From a virus, in the IMG/VR virus record IMGVR_UViG_3300043448_000837, positions 50,041-114,040 of that record: a DNA stretch of 64,000 nt. One strand, 5' to 3'. The position numbers and the translations under genes are program-made. Positions within the stretch are counted from its first letter, which is position 1. Each line of letters opens with the position of its first letter. The notes beneath the pieces are model-generated. The model searched no databases and had not been told where the DNA came from. It was given only the letters and a program-made list of their open reading frames with translations. Below are positions 29,895-37,153 of this stretch, in pieces.

Positions 29895-31391
29895 TCAGAA
29901 GGTGAACTTCGTTTGAATTACGCCACCAAAGTTAGACGAAGCGCCGGTGAACGCTTGGTTGTTGGTTACGTAGAAGACAGCGGGAGTGATCGAGATGTTG
30001 TCGCTCACACGGTACTTGTAGAAGGCTTCCCACATCAGAGCATCCTTGGAAAGACTTGCGGCATTTCCAGGTTGGCCGATAGCGAAACCAGCACCGTTGC
30101 CTTTCGCGAAGACGTCACTCCACTGAAGGCCAGCGTACCACGATTCAGCGTTGGTTGCACCTGCAGGAGTGGTCTTGTTTTGAGCGGTCAGGCTCACAGT
30201 GTTCCAGCCGTAGCCAGCGCTCACAGAGGGCACGATTCCAGACTTGGAAGGTTGCCAGTAGGCGCTGATTGCGTAGCCGTTGGAAGTTTGACCGGGAGCA
30301 AGAACGCCAGAACCACCGTTCAGAGCGTTAAAAGTGCGAACCCGAGTTCCTTCCGTACCGTAGCGGTAACCGAACGCAACACCGTAATTAGAAGCACGGT
30401 AGCCAACTTGAGCCATCGTGTTCAGGGCGCCGGATTCGTTGAACTCACCCTTGGTGGAATCGTTTCCATTCTGGGCAACGTAGTTCAGACCAGCCACGAA
30501 ACCTTTCTTGCCGGGCTGCCTCCACTGGGCGCCGAAACCTGCACCGGTTGCCTTGTTGTAAACACCAGGCGCACCAGCAAGCTGGAAGAAGTCAAGGATT
30601 TCCGACTTGTACGCGGAAGGAATCCAGGCCATCTCCGTGTTACGAACCAGGGGGCCAGCGGTCAGGGTTAGACCCTTCGTGAAGGCGGGGAACTGGTAGT
30701 ACAGGCGATCCAGTTTGACAGTGTCGGCGGTGCTTTCAGCCTTGTCCAGCTTGAACAGCGAGGAGCTTGATCCGAAAGGTTGAGCCGAGAAGTTACCGGA
30801 ACGCAGGCGAGTGCGCAGCAGATCTTTGCCGGTGAACGACGTGTCGAAGTTCAGGCGAAGGTCGTAGTTGAAGGCGGTTTCCCCAACGTTCGTGCTGGGA
30901 GCGTTTTTGCCAACACCGGGAGTCTTGGCGCCATCAACTCCACCCAGAATGAAATTTGCTTCACCGCGAAGTTTGGTGGTGGTTGAGAACTGAGTTGCTT
31001 CCAGTTGACCAACCTTGGCTTCCAGCTTACTCACGCGACCGCGAATCACGGCCAGTTCAGCGGCGAACTCACGGGCAAGACGATTGAGTTCGTCCGTGAC
31101 TTCAGTTACGCGATCCAGGCAGGCATTCAGCAGGGCGGCAGCTTCGTAACGGGTCATCGCTTGACCGCCACCGTAAGTTCCGTCCGGGTAACCTGCAACG
31201 CAACCGTAGTTTTCTACGAGTTTTTGCAGAGCACCGTACGCCCAGTCGGTAGGCTTGACGTCTGAGAATTGAGCAATGCTCGTCACTTGCTCGGAAGAGT
31301 ATTGATTGACTGCGGCGATATTAAGATCAGCTGCAGATGCTACCAGCGGCGTCGTAACAACAGCACCGGCAACAATAAAAGATTTGATCAT
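29895..31391 (-). CDS. Cyanobacterial porin (SLH + OprB-type barrel; Som/iron-uptake porin)
   Basis: Signal peptide, FSDVKPTDWAY...YGCVAGYPDG, QFSTTTKLRG, C-terminal TKFTF. Confidence 0.93.
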   Translation of the reverse strand: MIKSFIVAGAVVTTPLVASAADLNIAAVNQYSSEQVTSIAQFSDVKPTDWAYGALQKLVENYGCVAGYPDGTYGGGQAMTRYEAAALLNACLDRVTEVTDELNRLAREFAAELAVIRGRVSKLEAKVGQLEATQFSTTTKLRGEANFILGGVDGAKTPGVGKNAPSTNVGETAFNYDLRLNFDTSFTGKDLLRTRLRSGNFSAQPFGSSSSLFKLDKAESTADTVKLDRLYYQFPAFTKGLTLTAGPLVRNTEMAWIPSAYKSEILDFFQLAGAPGVYNKATGAGFGAQWRQPGKKGFVAGLNYVAQNGNDSTKGEFNESGALNTMAQVGYRASNYGVAFGYRYGTEGTRVRTFNALNGGSGVLAPGQTSNGYAISAYWQPSKSGIVPSVSAGYGWNTVSLTAQNKTTPAGATNAESWYAGLQWSDVFAKGNGAGFAIGQPGNAASLSKDALMWEAFYKYRVSDNISITPAVFYVTNNQAFTGASSNFGGVIQTKFTF

Positions 31392-31418
31392 GCTCTATAT
31401 AGTTAGAGTGTTTTGTAC

Positions 31419-31446
31419 AAAACCCCCGATTAGAGTGATCGGGGAA
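31419..31446 (-). terminator. intrinsic terminator after tRNA-Gly
   Basis: ccccgatc-actcta-atcggggg followed by tttt. Confidence 0.55.
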
Positions 31447-31518
31447 AGCGGAATACCGGGATCGAACCGGTGACATCTTGCTTGGAAGGCGAGCGTTCTA
31501 CCGCTGAACTAATTCCGC
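31447..31518 (-). tRNA. tRNA-Gly(UCC)
   Basis: Loop CT-TCC-AA. Confidence 0.88.
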
Positions 31519-31898
31519 GAATTTCTGTAAGTTCGAGTGGACTTACCTTTGTTTAAATTCCTAAAGTTAGGTGTGAGCGAATGGCAGTTTGGACACAGCA
31601 ACTCAAGGTTGGACGGGTTGTTGTTTGTAGCGTCCCCATCGATGTGATTGATTTCTAGGGGAACGTTTCTGGTGACAGGGTGAACTTCACCCCACCCGCA
31701 CCTTGGGCAACGGTTGTTGGCCTGCTCAAGTAAGAACCTCCGAATGTGATTTGATTGCTTAACCTGTGAGCCCAGGGTTATCTCACCGGATAACCACTTA
31801 CGGATGGCCTCTTGATACTGATAATCTATCTGACAGCGGTTGCTGCAGTATTTGTTAGTTTTTCGGCGGCAGGTTGCCCCGCAAGTTAAGCAAGTCAT
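31509..31898 (-). CDS. HNH endonuclease between tRNA-Thr and tRNA-Gly
   Basis: CxxC, LEINHIDGDATNN...NLELLCPNCHS. Confidence 0.88.
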   Translation of the reverse strand: MTCLTCGATCRRKTNKYCSNRCQIDYQYQEAIRKWLSGEITLGSQVKQSNHIRRFLLEQANNRCPRCGWGEVHPVTRNVPLEINHIDGDATNNNPSNLELLCPNCHSLTPNFRNLNKGKSTRTYRNSRN

Positions 31899-31907
31899 AA
31901 TTGAAGG

Positions 31908-31979
31908 AGCCCCCGACATGATTTGAACACGCGACATCCTCATTACAAGTGAGGCGCTCTACCACTGAGCTACAAGGGC
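31908..31979 (-). tRNA. tRNA-Thr(UGU)
   Basis: Loop CT-TGT-AA. Confidence 0.9.
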
Positions 31980-32031
31980 AGAAGAAAAGGTGCTTTCGCA
32001 CCTAGCATAGTCACAAGCGAAGTTCGTAAAC

Positions 32032-32400
32032 TTAGGCTCGCGAGTAACACACGTTAATGTGGCCACGGCCAGGATTTGCCAGCGCCTGGAAAGCAGCGTA
32101 GGAGAGATCAAGGTCTCGCCCAGCCACGAATGGGCCACGATCGTTGATTCGCACGACGACCGAACGGCCCCCGTGAGTTACTCGAAGTCGGGTTCCGAAC
32201 GGAAGATTACGGTGTGCCGCTGTCAAGGCATAGGTGTTAAACCGTTCTCCGCTCGCTGTAGTTTGACCGTGATAACCGTCACCTACTCCATAATAGCTGG
32301 CGCCAGAGCATGACGAAGCTAGAGAAGGCGATGGAGCCAGGAAAGTCATTCCGGCAACGGCGGCCAAACCAAACAAACCCTTCAGTTTCGAAACAAGCAT
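32032..32400 (-). CDS. rlpA: RlpA-like DPBB lytic transglycosylase
   Basis: ASYYG...[20 protein letters not shown]...VRINDRGPF. Confidence 0.9.
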   Translation of the reverse strand: MLVSKLKGLFGLAAVAGMTFLAPSPSLASSCSGASYYGVGDGYHGQTTASGERFNTYALTAAHRNLPFGTRLRVTHGGRSVVVRINDRGPFVAGRDLDLSYAAFQALANPGRGHINVCYSRA

Positions 32401-32573
32401 TTAATTAGATAGAAATCAACATCCACCTCGCAAAGTGTGGGTCCGTGTTTCAACGGCACTTGTGGGTGGCTCTAGGAGTTTAAGGAATGACTGCATTCCC
32501 GAGTTGCTCCCCGCAGTGTATCGTGGGGCCGACCTCATAAATCGGTGTTAAAAGCAACGCCGCTATTATAACG

Positions 32574-32599
32574 GAAAAAAGGGAGGCGTAAACCTCCCC
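32574..32599 (-). terminator. terminator of the tmRNA
   Basis: gggagg-tttacg-cctccc-tttttt. Confidence 0.7.
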
Positions 32600-32788
32600 G
32601 TTCGCTCAGAGTGTGTTGCTCAAACGGCAACAGCAGTCCTGCGGAATGAAACGATGTTGTTGAGATTTATTCTCACTTCACCCTGCACGGTCGATAACCA
32701 GTTTACCCCCGTGAAGTGGAGGTAAGGCGATTCGAACGCCTGTGTCGCACAGAGCGCCCCAGTTTATAGTCTTGTGAGAGGACTGATT
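32600..32788 (-). ncRNA. ssrA: Two-piece (circularly permuted) tmRNA
   Basis: The T-arm/3' acceptor (...GTTCGAATC...TACCTCCA, ending at 32717) precedes the 5' piece GGGGGTAAACTGGTTATCGAC. The acceptor stem has G3.U70. Tag frame 32664-32620 reads (A)LNNIVSFRRTAVAV*. Confidence 0.88.
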
Positions 32789-33289
32789 TCAGCGTAATTT
32801 TCTACCTTTACGGTAATTTTCTGGGATAGGGTCACCTACCCTTATCTTCAAGTTTTTCTCCCCATTGGTAACCCACATAGTGCCGAATTGAGAATTTCTC
32901 TCCCCTTGTTGGTGTTTCATTTCAGCAAGAGTTTTTCGTCTCTTAGCTTTAGCCTCAGGAGATAGGGCAGCTTTTACGGCTAGAAGTCTATTCTTGCGTA
33001 GATTATTTAGCTGGTTCGATCTGTATTCTTCGTCGTTTTTCCACAGGAACGAAGTTCTCTCCCACATCTTCTCTAAGCCGCCGCTATTTCGAGCAAGTTG
33101 GTTAATAATTTCTTCTTTTCCAATTTCTCCTACCAATCCCTTCCACGCAATAAAATCACGTTTGTCTCCCCATAGTTGCCAGTTGCAGTAATGAAACATT
33201 GCATGTTGAGTTACCGAGACCTCGACTAGGTTTGAAAGATCATCGGTTCCCCCTTTATACTTCGGCAGAATGTGATGTTTGTGGGTCAT
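32789..33289 (-). CDS. HNH homing endonuclease
   Basis: HKHHILPKYKGGTDDLSNLV...HAMFH; same family as the intron ORF at 50708. Confidence 0.8.
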   Translation of the reverse strand: MTHKHHILPKYKGGTDDLSNLVEVSVTQHAMFHYCNWQLWGDKRDFIAWKGLVGEIGKEEIINQLARNSGGLEKMWERTSFLWKNDEEYRSNQLNNLRKNRLLAVKAALSPEAKAKRRKTLAEMKHQQGERNSQFGTMWVTNGEKNLKIRVGDPIPENYRKGRKLR

Positions 33290-33372
33290 TGTAATCGGTA
33301 ATCCGATTACTTTTACCCCAACGCTAGAATCGAACCTCTATTGAAACGGAGTTGTTACCACCCGAAGGTAGA

Positions 33373-33444
33373 TTGGCGATACTGGACTTGAACCAGTGAC
33401 TTCTTCCGTGTCAAGGAAGTACTCTACCTCTGAGTTAATCGCCC
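33373..33444 (-). tRNA. tRNA-Val(GAC)
   Basis: Loop TT-GAC-AC. Confidence 0.88.
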
Positions 33445-33447
33445 TGG

Positions 33448-33534
33448 CGGAAGATACTGGATTCGAACCAGTGGTGCCGTTACCGACACAACGGTTTAGC
33501 AAACCGTCGCCTTAAACCACTCGGCCAATCTTCC
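33448..33534 (-). tRNA. tRNA-Ser(GCU)
   Basis: Loop TT-GCT-AA, long V arm. Confidence 0.9.
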
Positions 33535-33538
33535 AAGG

Positions 33539-33612
33539 TGCCCCCTGTAGGATTCGAACCTACGACTTCCTGGTTCGAAGCCAGGCGCTCTACTCCACTG
33601 AGCTAAGAGGGC
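33539..33612 (-). tRNA. tRNA-Arg(UCG)
   Basis: Loop CT-TCG-AA. Confidence 0.88.
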
Positions 33613-33615
33613 GAA

Positions 33616-33689
33616 TGAGAGATGGTGGATTTGAACCACCGACCATAGGCATATGAGACCCGTACTCTGCCAGACTGAGCTAATCTCTC
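33616..33689 (-). tRNA. tRNA-Met(CAU), elongator-type
   Basis: Loop CT-CAT-AT. Confidence 0.85.
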
Positions 33690-33707
33690 AAATTCCCTTT
33701 CGGGAAA

Positions 33708-33788
33708 TGCCCCCAGTCGGACTTGAACCGACAAACCTTTCGGCGGCTGATTTTGAATCAGCTGTGTTTACCATTTCACCACAAGGGC
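33708..33788 (-). tRNA. tRNA-Leu(CAA)
   Basis: Loop TT-CAA-AA. Confidence 0.9.
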
Positions 33789-33792
33789 AAGG

Positions 33793-33865
33793 CACCCTCG
33801 GCAGGATTTGAACCTGCGACTAACCGCTTAGAAGGCGGATGCTCTAGCCACTGAGCTACGAGGGC
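33793..33865 (-). tRNA. tRNA-Arg(UCU)
   Basis: Loop CT-TCT-AA. Confidence 0.9.
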
Positions 33866-33868
33866 AAA

Positions 33869-33942
33869 CGCTCTCTGTAGGATTCGAACCTACGACCTTC
33901 TGATCCGTAGTCAGACGCTCTAATCCGCTGAGCTAAGAGAGC
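33869..33942 (-). tRNA. tRNA-Arg(ACG)
   Basis: Loop CT-ACG-GA. Confidence 0.9.
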
Positions 33943-33946
33943 ATGG

Positions 33947-34017
33947 CACCGAAACAAGGACTTGAACCTTGGATAACAGTTTTGGAGACTGTCGTGTTAC
34001 CACTACACTATTTCGGT
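33947..34017 (-). tRNA. tRNA-Trp(CCA)
   Basis: Loop CT-CCA-AA. Confidence 0.9.
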
Positions 34018-34037
34018 AAAGTTGCCCGTCAGGGCAA

Positions 34038-34111
34038 TGTCCGTGAGAGGACTCGAACCTCCAACAACTACCACCTCAAAGTAGCGCGTCTGCCAATTGC
34101 GCCACACGGAC
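34038..34111 (-). tRNA. tRNA-Leu(GAG), short variable loop
   Basis: Loop TT-GAG-GT, Leu-type D loop, 5-nt V region. Confidence 0.8.
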
Positions 34112-34116
34112 ATTGG

Positions 34117-34188
34117 TTCTGGAGCTAGGACTCGAACCCAGGAATGGCGGGACCAAAACCCGCTGCCTTACCACTTGGCTACTCCAGA
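34117..34188 (-). tRNA. tRNA-Gln(UUG)
   Basis: Loop TT-TTG-GT. Confidence 0.9.
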
Positions 34189-34207
34189 TTACTTGGCACG
34201 AGGCCAA

Positions 34208-34279
34208 AGTTTCGGGTCGGAATCGAACCGACGCATGAAGGTTTTGCAGACCTTCGCCTTACCACTTGGCTACCGAAAC
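34208..34279 (-). tRNA. tRNA-Cys(GCA)
   Basis: Loop CT-GCA-AA. Confidence 0.9.
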
Positions 34280-34281
34280 GG

Positions 34282-34354
34282 GGTGGTCGATGAGATTTGA
34301 ACTCACATGAACCAGATCCACAATCTGGCGCATTAACCATTATGCTACGACCAC
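34282..34354 (-). tRNA. tRNA-His(GUG)
   Basis: Loop TT-GTG-GA. Confidence 0.9.
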
Positions 34355-34356
34355 AG

Positions 34357-34441
34357 CGGAGAGGGTGGGATTCGAACCCACGGAGGCTTTCACCTCGCTA
34401 GTTTTCAAGACTAGAGCCATCAACCACTCGACCACCTCTCC
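34357..34441 (-). tRNA. tRNA-Ser(UGA)
   Basis: Loop CT-TGA-AA. Confidence 0.9.
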
Positions 34442-34445
34442 AAGG

Positions 34446-34517
34446 AGCGGATGAAGGGATTTGAACCCTCGACTTTCTCCTTGGCAAGGAGATGCTCTAC
34501 CACTGAGCTACATCCGC
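34446..34517 (-). tRNA. tRNA-Gly(GCC)
   Basis: Loop TT-GCC-AA. Confidence 0.9.
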
Positions 34518-34537
34518 GAACGTTCCCGAAGGAACGA

Positions 34538-34610
34538 TGGAGAATAGGAGACTCGAACTCCTGACATCCTGCTTGCAAAGCAGGCGCTCTACCAGCTGAG
34601 CTAATTCCCC
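34538..34610 (-). tRNA. tRNA-Ala(UGC)
   Basis: Loop TT-TGC-AA. Confidence 0.9.
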
Positions 34611-34815
34611 GAGCAGGGCGAGAGTATCTGCCTACGATTAACGACTTGCGTAAAGATTAGAACTGAGTCACGCAACTTGGTCGCCTAACCCAGACTTTGC
34701 TTTGTCGCAGTACCGTTACTTTACGATGCAGCTTACGGGACTCTTCATTTAATGCAACATTCCTCGTTGCACCCTCTTTGGCCTCCTTCCTGGCTATCTG
34801 CCAGACGAGTACCAA
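34611..34815 (-). ncRNA. candidate structured ncRNA between tRNA-Thr and tRNA-Ala
   Basis: About 200 nt with no credible ORF; hairpins ctggc/gccag, tgcaac/gttgca, ttgcgt/acgcaa. Confidence 0.5.
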
Positions 34816-34887
34816 AGCCATCACTGAGGCTTGAACTCAGGACCTCCATCTTACCAAGATGGCGCACTACCACTGTGCTATGACGGC
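34816..34887 (-). tRNA. tRNA-Thr(GGU)
   Basis: Loop TT-GGT-AA. Confidence 0.9.
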
Positions 34888-34891
34888 GAAG

Positions 34892-34973
34892 TGGGAAAGA
34901 CTGGATTTGAACCAGTGTAGGCAGAGCCAAAGGTTTTACAGACCTCCTCCTTTAACCACTCGGACACTTTCCC
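34892..34973 (-). tRNA. tRNA-Tyr(GUA)
   Basis: Loop CT-GTA-AA. Confidence 0.9.
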
Positions 34974-35227
34974 AAAATCCCCTTGCGGGGGGATTTGACG
35001 GTCTCTGCAGAGTAGATTGTCAGTTCAATACCTTCAATCACCGTCGTCCGCCCAGTTACCAGCTGGGCGGTGTAGCATTCAGTAACCCATGAGAATGCCA
35101 GCGGGGACCACTCGTATCAGGTCATTAGCCTCCCTTTTGCCTCAGGAGCTCGGCGCACGGCATACTCTCCGTACTGGAGTCGCACTTTTTGGTCAAGGCA
35201 GCAAAACTCCTTGTTGCCCGAAGGCAA
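34974..35227 (-). ncRNA. candidate structured ncRNA between tRNA-Pro and tRNA-Tyr
   Basis: About 250 nt with many hairpins (ccgcccag/ctgggcgg, gcattc/gaatgc, gacggt/accgtc). Confidence 0.5.
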
Positions 35228-35301
<74 letters not shown>

Positions 35302-36193
35302 TGATGGCCCCATTTAACACGTGAAACGCTTCAAGAACGCACAGAGGTGGGGGCTCGTGGCTTCCAGCAGGGCTCGCATATTGGCCGGTAAGAGTGTTTC
35401 ATCCAGCAGCACCAACGGCAAGACAGCCCTCAAGGAAGCACCACACATTAACGACTGTATGAGTGGCCGTGTCGGGAACTTAACGACGTATTCCATACGA
35501 CTCCGGTGTCTAGAACGGAGGGGTTGGTAGGAGGGGCGGCCTCCTGAGTGCGTCACCGCCCGCTTTTGCGTCACCCAGCCAGTGACCGGGGAGAGGCATT
35601 GCACTTCCTACGTTTGCCGGTTTTCAACCGGCCCCTGGAATGAAATCCAGGATGCTTCGTTCTCCCTTGAGCGATCCGAAGAACGCGGGACGGTGATTGC
35701 AGACCGCAGCCCGATGCTATGCCCGGACATTTCCGGACCACGCAGAGCGGGAACGCGAACCAGCGAACTGGCCGCACCACACCGACAGAGCAGTGTGGGT
35801 GGTTGGTGAGGCAGGTGTCTCTACGCTGTACTTCCACAAGTGTCTACGCTATACGTTACACAAGTGTCACGAACAGTTCAACTCCTTTTGCTTTCCTTAC
35901 CTCGGCAGGGTGCCGCTACCTCCCTTGTTGCGGCGTGTTTGTACGTTTCGTTCATCCAGGTACGTTACTAGACCTAGGACACTTTTTCTTTTCCCGCATC
36001 AAGTCGTCAGTGTCGTTAACGCTTGAGCATGGAATGGGAGTTCACCCATTCGTAACTTATTTGGGAGCCTGAACTATGACTCTTACAGGCAGTTTGGCAT
36101 TTTTCTCGCTCCCGGACTACGCAAACTGCCAAATGGCATCCGGGCACAAGCCTACTCCCCCCTCGTCTAGTAGGCATCGCATGGACGAGGGAA
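35302..36193 (-). ncRNA. ~890-nt ncRNA region made of serial pseudoknot/kissing-loop modules
   Basis: At least 7 H-type pseudoknots plus a kissing pair read by eye; flanked by tRNAs; no credible ORF. Confidence 0.65.
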
Positions 36194-36265
36194 CTGGCCC
36201 GGCAGGGATCGAACCTGCGACAACTTGATTAACAGTCAAGCGTTCTACCGCTGAACTACAGGCCA
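36194..36265 (-). tRNA. tRNA-Asn(GUU)
   Basis: Loop CT-GTT-AA. Confidence 0.9.
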
Positions 36266-36305
36266 TTGTGGGAGTGTCTTTAGGGCGCATCTCATTCCCA
36301 AAAGC

Positions 36306-36452
36306 GTACCGAGTGATGGAATCGAACTATCACCGTTCTTTCAGTGAGTTACCATCTCACCTAGGTTTCCGCAGCATTCATCTGACGACTGGTTAAGTCA
36401 ACAAATCAAATGCTCGTCCACCTGAACTACCTACCCTTAGAACTCGGCTTAT
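36306..36452 (-). ncRNA. enlarged tRNA-like RNA
   Basis: Terminal ccgag/ctcgg stem, T-loop GTTCGATTC, D-like gttc-aggtggac-gagc, large insert. Confidence 0.45.
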
Positions 36453-36474
36453 GCTGAAGTTTGCCTTACGGCAA

Positions 36475-36548
36475 TGGCGGAGGCAGGATTCGAACCTGCG
36501 ACCTCCAGGTTATGAGCCTGGCGAGCTACCGGACTGCTCTACTCCACG
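36475..36548 (-). tRNA. tRNA-Met(CAU), initiator-like
   Basis: Unpaired C1, D arm gagcagtccggtagctc, loop CT-CAT-AA. Confidence 0.85.
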
Positions 36549-36662
36549 ATTCAACCCCCAGTTGTAACAAGCGTTGCCAGCTGGACGCACTTGAAACCGG
36601 ATTTTACAACGCTAATGGCCCCAGGGGCGGTGACCGGCGTTGTGCCCACCAAAATGGGCAAA

Positions 36663-36736
36663 TGGGAACTGACGGATTTGAACCATCGACACCACGGGCT
36701 TCAACCGTGTGCTCTACCAAGCTGAGCTAAGTCCCC
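36663..36736 (-). tRNA. tRNA-Phe(GAA)
   Basis: Loop TT-GAA-GC. Confidence 0.88.
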
Positions 36737-36740
36737 GAGG

Positions 36741-36812
36741 TGGAACCGACAAGACTTGAACTTGTGACCGCTCGGTTATCAGCCGAGTGCTCTACCACTG
36801 AGCTACGGTTCC
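36741..36812 (-). tRNA. tRNA-Ile(GAU)
   Basis: Loop CT-GAT-AA. Confidence 0.9.
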
Positions 36813-36987
36813 ATGATTGGGCGGGATTGCTGCTAACTGTTACTTTCACTGACGGAAAGAACTCCCAGCAGTCCCTAACAGTTTTAGTCTTGTTTAGGAC
36901 TCCCATGCGGGCAGCTCACTTTCGTATCACTCTTGCAGAACCAAGAGGTATCAGATGAGCGGTGCAGTTTTGTGTCATGCCGGACAA
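36813..36987 (-). ncRNA. candidate structured ncRNA between tRNA-Asp and tRNA-Ile
   Basis: About 175 nt; gctca/tgagc, ctcttg/caagag, gtcct/gggac helices. Confidence 0.5.
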
Positions 36988-37059
36988 CGACCCTAACGGG
37001 ATTTGAACCCGTGATACTACCGTGACAGGGTAGCGTGATCACCGCTTCACTATAGGGTC
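36988..37059 (-). tRNA. tRNA-Asp(GUC)
   Basis: Loop CT-GTC-AC. Confidence 0.9.
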
Positions 37060-37081
37060 AAGACGAGGTTTGTAACCTCTA

Positions 37082-37153
37082 TGGGTCGTCTGAGATTCGA
37101 ACTCAGGGCCAATCGGTTAAAAGCCGAGTGCTCTACCGCTGAGCTAACGACCC
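37082..37153 (-). tRNA. tRNA-Lys(UUU)
   Basis: Loop CT-TTT-AA. Confidence 0.9.

Noticed and set aside
33320-33372. Extra tRNA or CRISPR-repeat mimic (GGTTCGATTC; ATTGAAAC on the plus strand)
   Set aside because: No cloverleaf can be completed and an 8-mer alone is insufficient; it is at most a remnant.
35978-36026. Hammerhead ribozyme (CTGACGA...GAAA)
   Set aside because: There is no stem II between the core motifs; a pseudoknot fits better.
36150-36193. HDV-like theta ribozyme 3' of tRNA-Asn
   Set aside because: It lacks P3/L3 and J4/2 elements; only a simple H-type pseudoknot is visible.
36436-36455. AGAACTCGGCTTAT resembling the RNase P RNA 3' motif
   Set aside because: It is on the non-transcribed strand and no GAGGAAAGTCC partner was found.
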